Shown here: positions 37,767 to 41,704 of the stretch, one piece after another | How the letters are laid out: every line of letters begins with the position of its first letter | Numbering within the stretch: the first letter of the stretch is position 1 | Origin: an uncultured Anaerolineae bacterium | GTDB taxonomy: Bacteria > Chloroflexota > Anaerolineae > JAADDB01 | Length of the DNA stretch: 41,704 nucleotides | Direction: 5' to 3' | NCBI GenBank assembly: GCA_964413905.1 | Contig: CAYPUG010000003.1 | Location: 17,896-59,599 of the forward strand | Program-made: the position numbers and the translations under genes | The notes under the pieces: generated by a model | Databases searched by the model: none | What the model saw: the letters and a program-made list of their open reading frames with translations, nothing else | Told to the model about the DNA's origin: nothing

Positions 37767-37795
37767 ATAGTACAATTCTCCCAGGGGCCTGACAA
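37767..37795 (-). promoter_or_regulatory. Probable prmA promoter
   Basis: Minus strand TTGTCA, 17 bp spacer, TACTAT. Confidence 0.55.
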
Positions 37796-37812
37796 GTATC
37801 CCTGCACCGGCT

Positions 37813-37945
37813 TAGGGCTTTTCAATGCTCTAACACGCGAAGACGCTGTATCGGCGGTTGAGCTATTGTAAGGCCGTCGGGTAGGCGACGGCATTGCCAT
37901 CGTCTACCCGTTTGCCCCTGAGTGTAAGATCTCCGAAAAGCCCTG
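37813..37945. mobile_element. Family B MITE, opposite orientation, with target-site duplication
   Basis: Ends tagggcttttc / gaaaagccctg. Flanking direct repeat caccggct (8 bp; 10 bp if the ends are trimmed by 1 nt). About 65 bp are near-identical to the reverse complement of 34336-34403. Confidence 0.88.
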
Positions 37946-37973
37946 CACCGGCTTAACCGACGAGGATGGTCCT

Positions 37974-38918
37974 ATGGAAGAGTACAGGTTTTGTCCCCGT
38001 TGCGGGCACAAGTTGGAATTCAAACAAATGGGCGATCGGGTGCGTCAGGTCTGTCCCCGGTGCGGTTTTGTCTTTTACGTCAACCCCACACCGGCCGCGG
38101 GCACGTTGGTGGAGGATGATGGACACGTGCTCCTGATTCGGCGCGCGGTGAACCCGCGCAAGGGGTACTGGGCCTTCCCCGCGGGGTACATGGAAGCAGA
38201 TGAGAGCGCGGAGGAGGCGGCCATTCGGGAGACAAAGGAGGAGACCGGGCTGGATGTGGCTTTGGACGCGCTGCTGGATGTTTTCTCTTTTGAAGATGCC
38301 ACCCATCAGCGGGGCGTTCTCATCCTTTATCGCGCCCATGTAGTAGGGGGTACGCTCCAGCCCGGCGACGACGCAGAGGACGCGCGCTGGTTCTCTCCTC
38401 AGGAATTACCTCCCGACGAGGAGATCGCGTTTGATACGCACCGGCGGGCCCTCCGGGAGTGGTTACGCACCCGGGCCGTGGTGTACCGAGAAGCCGGACC
38501 CGACGACATGGCCGAAGTAGGGCAATTGATTGAGGAATACGATCAGCCCCGTTGGGACCTGGACGCGTACTTGCAAGACCCGGCGCGCACGGTGATTGTA
38601 GCCAAAGATCGGGGGCGGGTGGTGGGATATTGCGGCCTTCACGTCCTCCCCGACCGGTCCGAAGCCCTCATTCCTCACGTTTTCGTGTTGCCCAGTCGGC
38701 GACGTTGGGGCATTGGCAGCCACTTGATCCGCCGGGCTGTGGACGTGGCCCGGGACGCGGGTGTTCGCATGGTCACCACAGAGATTGCCGCTGGCAATGT
38801 GGGGATTGTCGTGTACTTGAAGTTAGGCTTTGAAGTGTGCGGGTTAATCACCCGTCCCATCGAGGGTGGGCCCCGGGAACCCCGGTTGCTCCTATGTTAC
38901 GAGATGAAATCGGGATGA
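37974..38918 (+). CDS. Zinc-ribbon Nudix hydrolase fused to a GNAT acetyltransferase
   Basis: CPRCG twice, Nudix box GYMEADESAEEAAIRETKEETGL, GNAT motif FVLPSRRRWGIG, YLKLGF. Confidence 0.9.
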   Translation: MEEYRFCPRCGHKLEFKQMGDRVRQVCPRCGFVFYVNPTPAAGTLVEDDGHVLLIRRAVNPRKGYWAFPAGYMEADESAEEAAIRETKEETGLDVALDALLDVFSFEDATHQRGVLILYRAHVVGGTLQPGDDAEDARWFSPQELPPDEEIAFDTHRRALREWLRTRAVVYREAGPDDMAEVGQLIEEYDQPRWDLDAYLQDPARTVIVAKDRGRVVGYCGLHVLPDRSEALIPHVFVLPSRRRWGIGSHLIRRAVDVARDAGVRMVTTEIAAGNVGIVVYLKLGFEVCGLITRPIEGGPREPRLLLCYEMKSG

Positions 38919-39520
38919 AAGTCGCTGCCGTCGTGTTAGCGGCCGGCGAAGGACGTCGTTTCCGCGCGCCGAAACAGTTGGCCCGTTGGCGCGGAAAACC
39001 CTTGCTTCTGCACGTGCTCGACGCGTTGCGTGGCGCGCGAGTCTGCTGTGTGAGGGTGGTTATTGGGGCTTACGCGGATCGTGTCCGCCCTGTGGTCGAG
39101 GCTTGGGCCGATACCCAGCGACTTCCGTGGTCCGATTGGGACGTGGTGTTGAATCCCCACTGGAGAGAGGGCTTGAGTACCAGCGTGCGGGCCGGATTGG
39201 CGTCTCTCACATCGGTGGACGCGGCCCTTTTCCCCTTGGCCGATCAGCCGCGTGTGACTGCGGACTTATTGAACACTCTTATCGCGGTATACGAACACGA
39301 GCGTTCACCGATTGTCGCTCCACGGTACAACGGCCGTCCCGGCGCGCCTGTTCTGTTTGATGCTTGCCTTTTTCCCGCGCTCAACGCTTTGCGGGGGGAT
39401 GTGGGCGGGCGTGCTCTTATACGGGATCATCCCCGGTGGGTGACCTGGGTGGACTGGCCGGACGCGAGCGCGGGATGGGATGTTGATGTCCCCCAGGATT
39501 TACTCCTGCATGGCGCTTAG
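38915..39520 (+). CDS. mocA: Nucleotidyltransferase, MocA (Moco cytidylyltransferase)-like
   Basis: VVLAAGEGRRF..PKQL, NPHWREGLSTS, LADQP, PVLF, GDVGGR, DVD. ATGA overlap with the upstream gene. Confidence 0.82.
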   Translation: MKVAAVVLAAGEGRRFRAPKQLARWRGKPLLLHVLDALRGARVCCVRVVIGAYADRVRPVVEAWADTQRLPWSDWDVVLNPHWREGLSTSVRAGLASLTSVDAALFPLADQPRVTADLLNTLIAVYEHERSPIVAPRYNGRPGAPVLFDACLFPALNALRGDVGGRALIRDHPRWVTWVDWPDASAGWDVDVPQDLLLHGA

Positions 39521-41092
39521 TTTGTCCTCAATCTCTTTGAGCCGTTGCAGAAGTCGCTCGCGTTCCTCCTGCAGCTTTTCGATCTCCGCTTCCGAGAGCG
39601 ATTCCGGTTGTTTTTGTACGCGGCTATCCGTTACTATCACTTTCATGTGATATCCCCAGACGAGGAACGCGGTGAGCGCAGGGCCGGATGCATTGACGAT
39701 TTCCCCCCAGAGCCTCTGCTCCTCGACCCCCAGGATCCAGAGCCAAACGTGTTGGGCCACCCGGGACAGGTCTACGATAACAATAAGGCCGGCAATCAGC
39801 GCGAAACCGTACAGGTAGATGCGTCTGAGCAGTGAGGTCCTCTCCTGAGGCCCCGCGTCGGGGAGGTGGATCCACTGTTGGGCCTGCCGCCAATGCCAGA
39901 CCCACGTAGGCAATCCCACGGCACTCAGGGCGATGCCCGTCGCAAGGGGGTGATGCCACCAAGCCGGTAAAATGGAGAGGTCGGTGGATTTCCAAAGCCA
40001 TGCGTGCGTCAGAACACGTATAATGTCCGCGATTCCCCACCACGCTACGGCCAAGCCTACCGCAGAGGCAAGGTAGATATACAACCGTTCCACAAGCGAT
40101 GGATACGCTTTTTGAGACAAGCGTTCGGGCAGGAGGTGATGGCGGTACGTCCACCACACCGTCCATCCCACAGGTAAAGCACTTAGCGCAAGACTCAGCA
40201 AAGGCCACCATTGTTCACGGGGGCCAAGCCTTGTCCCGAACATCCACAAAAGGCCTTGCCGGAGCAGGTACGCAAGGGCAACGAGAAAGACGGCCAAGCC
40301 CAGCGCAATGCCGACATAGTAGTACGCTTGACGTAATAGGGACCTCCGCTCTGAATCGGGGGCTGTAGGTCGACTCCAGCGTTCCTCCCAAAACCAACCT
40401 ACACGCCAAAGAAGCAGGCCTATGAGGAGGGTTGCCCCCTGATCGGCCAGGGAAACCATCCACCAGGAGCCGAGTCCTAGGTAAGAGGCCGGCGTTTTGA
40501 AAGGGGGGAATATCGCGTAGCAAATTAGCTGCAAAAAGCCGATGGTCCCCACGATGCTGAAGTAAAGCCCGCCAATTCCGACGAGAAAGACGTAAAGGCG
40601 ACGCCACGTGGCAGCCCAACCCCCTTCACGGCCGAAGTCGCGATCCTGTCTCACGAGCAGGATGCCGTACCAAAGGAGGATAAGCCCGCCTAGGAGAACT
40701 GTGGCCCTCTCCAAGAGGTTGATGGCCCACACGGTGAAATCTGTGAGGGGGTAGCCGAGAGCCGCTCTCAGCAGATCTTTCAACACTTGATACAAGGAAA
40801 CGGCTGCGAGAACCGTTCCTAACGTGAGGATAGCGTAAATGTACAACTTTCGGAGGGAGGCGTGACGCTCCTCTGCATCCCTCCCCAAACGTGCTATCCA
40901 CCAAGCGTGCCCCACGTGCAGTGGAAATGTGACCACAAGGACACCTGCCCATAGGGCGAAATCCTCCACCTCAAAACCCAGTCGGAACGCGTGTTGGATC
41001 AGGATTTGGGCCAGATTGATTAATCCCGACAGGATTCCCACCAGGCTCGTATAGGCCATGACGTAGATGTATATCCGTTGCACGTTACGCAT
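39500..41092 (-). CDS. Polytopic membrane protein, DUF5671-like repeats
   Basis: About 12 TM segments, recurring R-x-Y-x-Y motif, C-terminal coiled coil. Confidence 0.75.
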   Translation of the reverse strand: MRNVQRIYIYVMAYTSLVGILSGLINLAQILIQHAFRLGFEVEDFALWAGVLVVTFPLHVGHAWWIARLGRDAEERHASLRKLYIYAILTLGTVLAAVSLYQVLKDLLRAALGYPLTDFTVWAINLLERATVLLGGLILLWYGILLVRQDRDFGREGGWAATWRRLYVFLVGIGGLYFSIVGTIGFLQLICYAIFPPFKTPASYLGLGSWWMVSLADQGATLLIGLLLWRVGWFWEERWSRPTAPDSERRSLLRQAYYYVGIALGLAVFLVALAYLLRQGLLWMFGTRLGPREQWWPLLSLALSALPVGWTVWWTYRHHLLPERLSQKAYPSLVERLYIYLASAVGLAVAWWGIADIIRVLTHAWLWKSTDLSILPAWWHHPLATGIALSAVGLPTWVWHWRQAQQWIHLPDAGPQERTSLLRRIYLYGFALIAGLIVIVDLSRVAQHVWLWILGVEEQRLWGEIVNASGPALTAFLVWGYHMKVIVTDSRVQKQPESLSEAEIEKLQEERERLLQRLKEIEDKLSAMQE

Positions 41093-41640
41093 CAGTCACC
41101 TCCTTGAGGTGCTGTGTCGTCCGGTTGGGCGCGCGGGGGGATCGGAATGGGGATAGCCTCAAATTCCGGATACACGCCCGGTAATTCTTGGGTGAGACGC
41201 CATTGTCCGTTCTGCCGTTTTAGGTGAACGGATCTTACCTCTACGTGGACGCGACGTCCCCAAAAGGGTTCGGTGTATTCTCTAATGAGATACACGGGCA
41301 CGTAAGCCGTATCGCCTTCCACGGCGGCCGTACCGATTCGCAATTCTCCGTGCCGAACAAATTCAACATGAAGGTGTACGATTTTAGGGTGATGTTCCCC
41401 ATAAGGGGGTGTGGCAAAATAACTCAGGAACCGGTCCACGTCGTCGTACAGGGCGGCTACATACGCGTTGTACACCACATTTTCCGGCTTAGACTCGTCC
41501 GTTCGGTATTTCCATTGATATAGTTCGGTGCGATGCCGAAGCGCCACGACCACGCCCGTCACTAAGATGACGATGACGATGGCGCTTAAGATCGCCCAGA
41601 ACACACGGTCTTCTCTCATTAGTATAGCCTCCTTCATCAT
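41092..41640 (-). CDS. Hypothetical single-TM protein with an NTF2-like extracellular domain
   Basis: N-terminal TM, PENVVYNAYVA, VEGDTAYV, LKRQNGQWRL. 1-nt overlap with the next gene. Confidence 0.7.
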   Translation of the reverse strand: MMKEAILMREDRVFWAILSAIVIVILVTGVVVALRHRTELYQWKYRTDESKPENVVYNAYVAALYDDVDRFLSYFATPPYGEHHPKIVHLHVEFVRHGELRIGTAAVEGDTAYVPVYLIREYTEPFWGRRVHVEVRSVHLKRQNGQWRLTQELPGVYPEFEAIPIPIPPRAQPDDTAPQGGD

Positions 41641-41650
41641 AAGCTGGCAG

Positions 41651-41704
41651 CTGATTGACTGACAAAACTCTGCGAATGTAGGTTGGCTTAGAAAGAGGAA
41701 GGGA
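41651..41704. mobile_element. Family A element, truncated by the window end
   Basis: ctgattgactgacaaaactctgcgaatgtaggttggcttagaaagaggaaggga. Confidence 0.8.

Overview
Core-like chromosomal segment of a bacterium that is most likely Chloroflexota (Anaerolineae/Caldilineae-like). This is inferred from the PT- and VVTKEVEK-linker lipoproteins, DUF5671- and DUF6391-like proteins and the FMN-riboswitch-controlled RibXY-type transporter. About 36 CDS are supported: a GT4-TagA fusion, a peptide ABC locus, holA, gdh, tyrS, pepF, envelope glycan genes, CBS-PPase, tig-clpP-clpX, moeA-moaC-moaDE-pit-DUF47, ribXY plus ATPase, ybhB, trxB, rsmE, prmA, a Nudix-GNAT fusion and mocA. I found no tRNA, rRNA, CRISPR, prophage or transposase. 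Four things stand out. (1) A lipoprotein joins an amino-acid-type binding domain (SBP_bac_3) to a cleanly circularly permuted DppA-type domain (SBP_bac_5). (2) An orphan DNA methyltransferase sits inside that ABC operon. (3) Two families of small non-autonomous elements carry terminal inverted repeats, and some copies have target-site duplications; family A occupies many intergenic gaps, often just downstream of predicted promoters, including the FMN-riboswitch leader. (4) Two structured non-coding candidates. All calls were made by eye from motifs; no database search was run.
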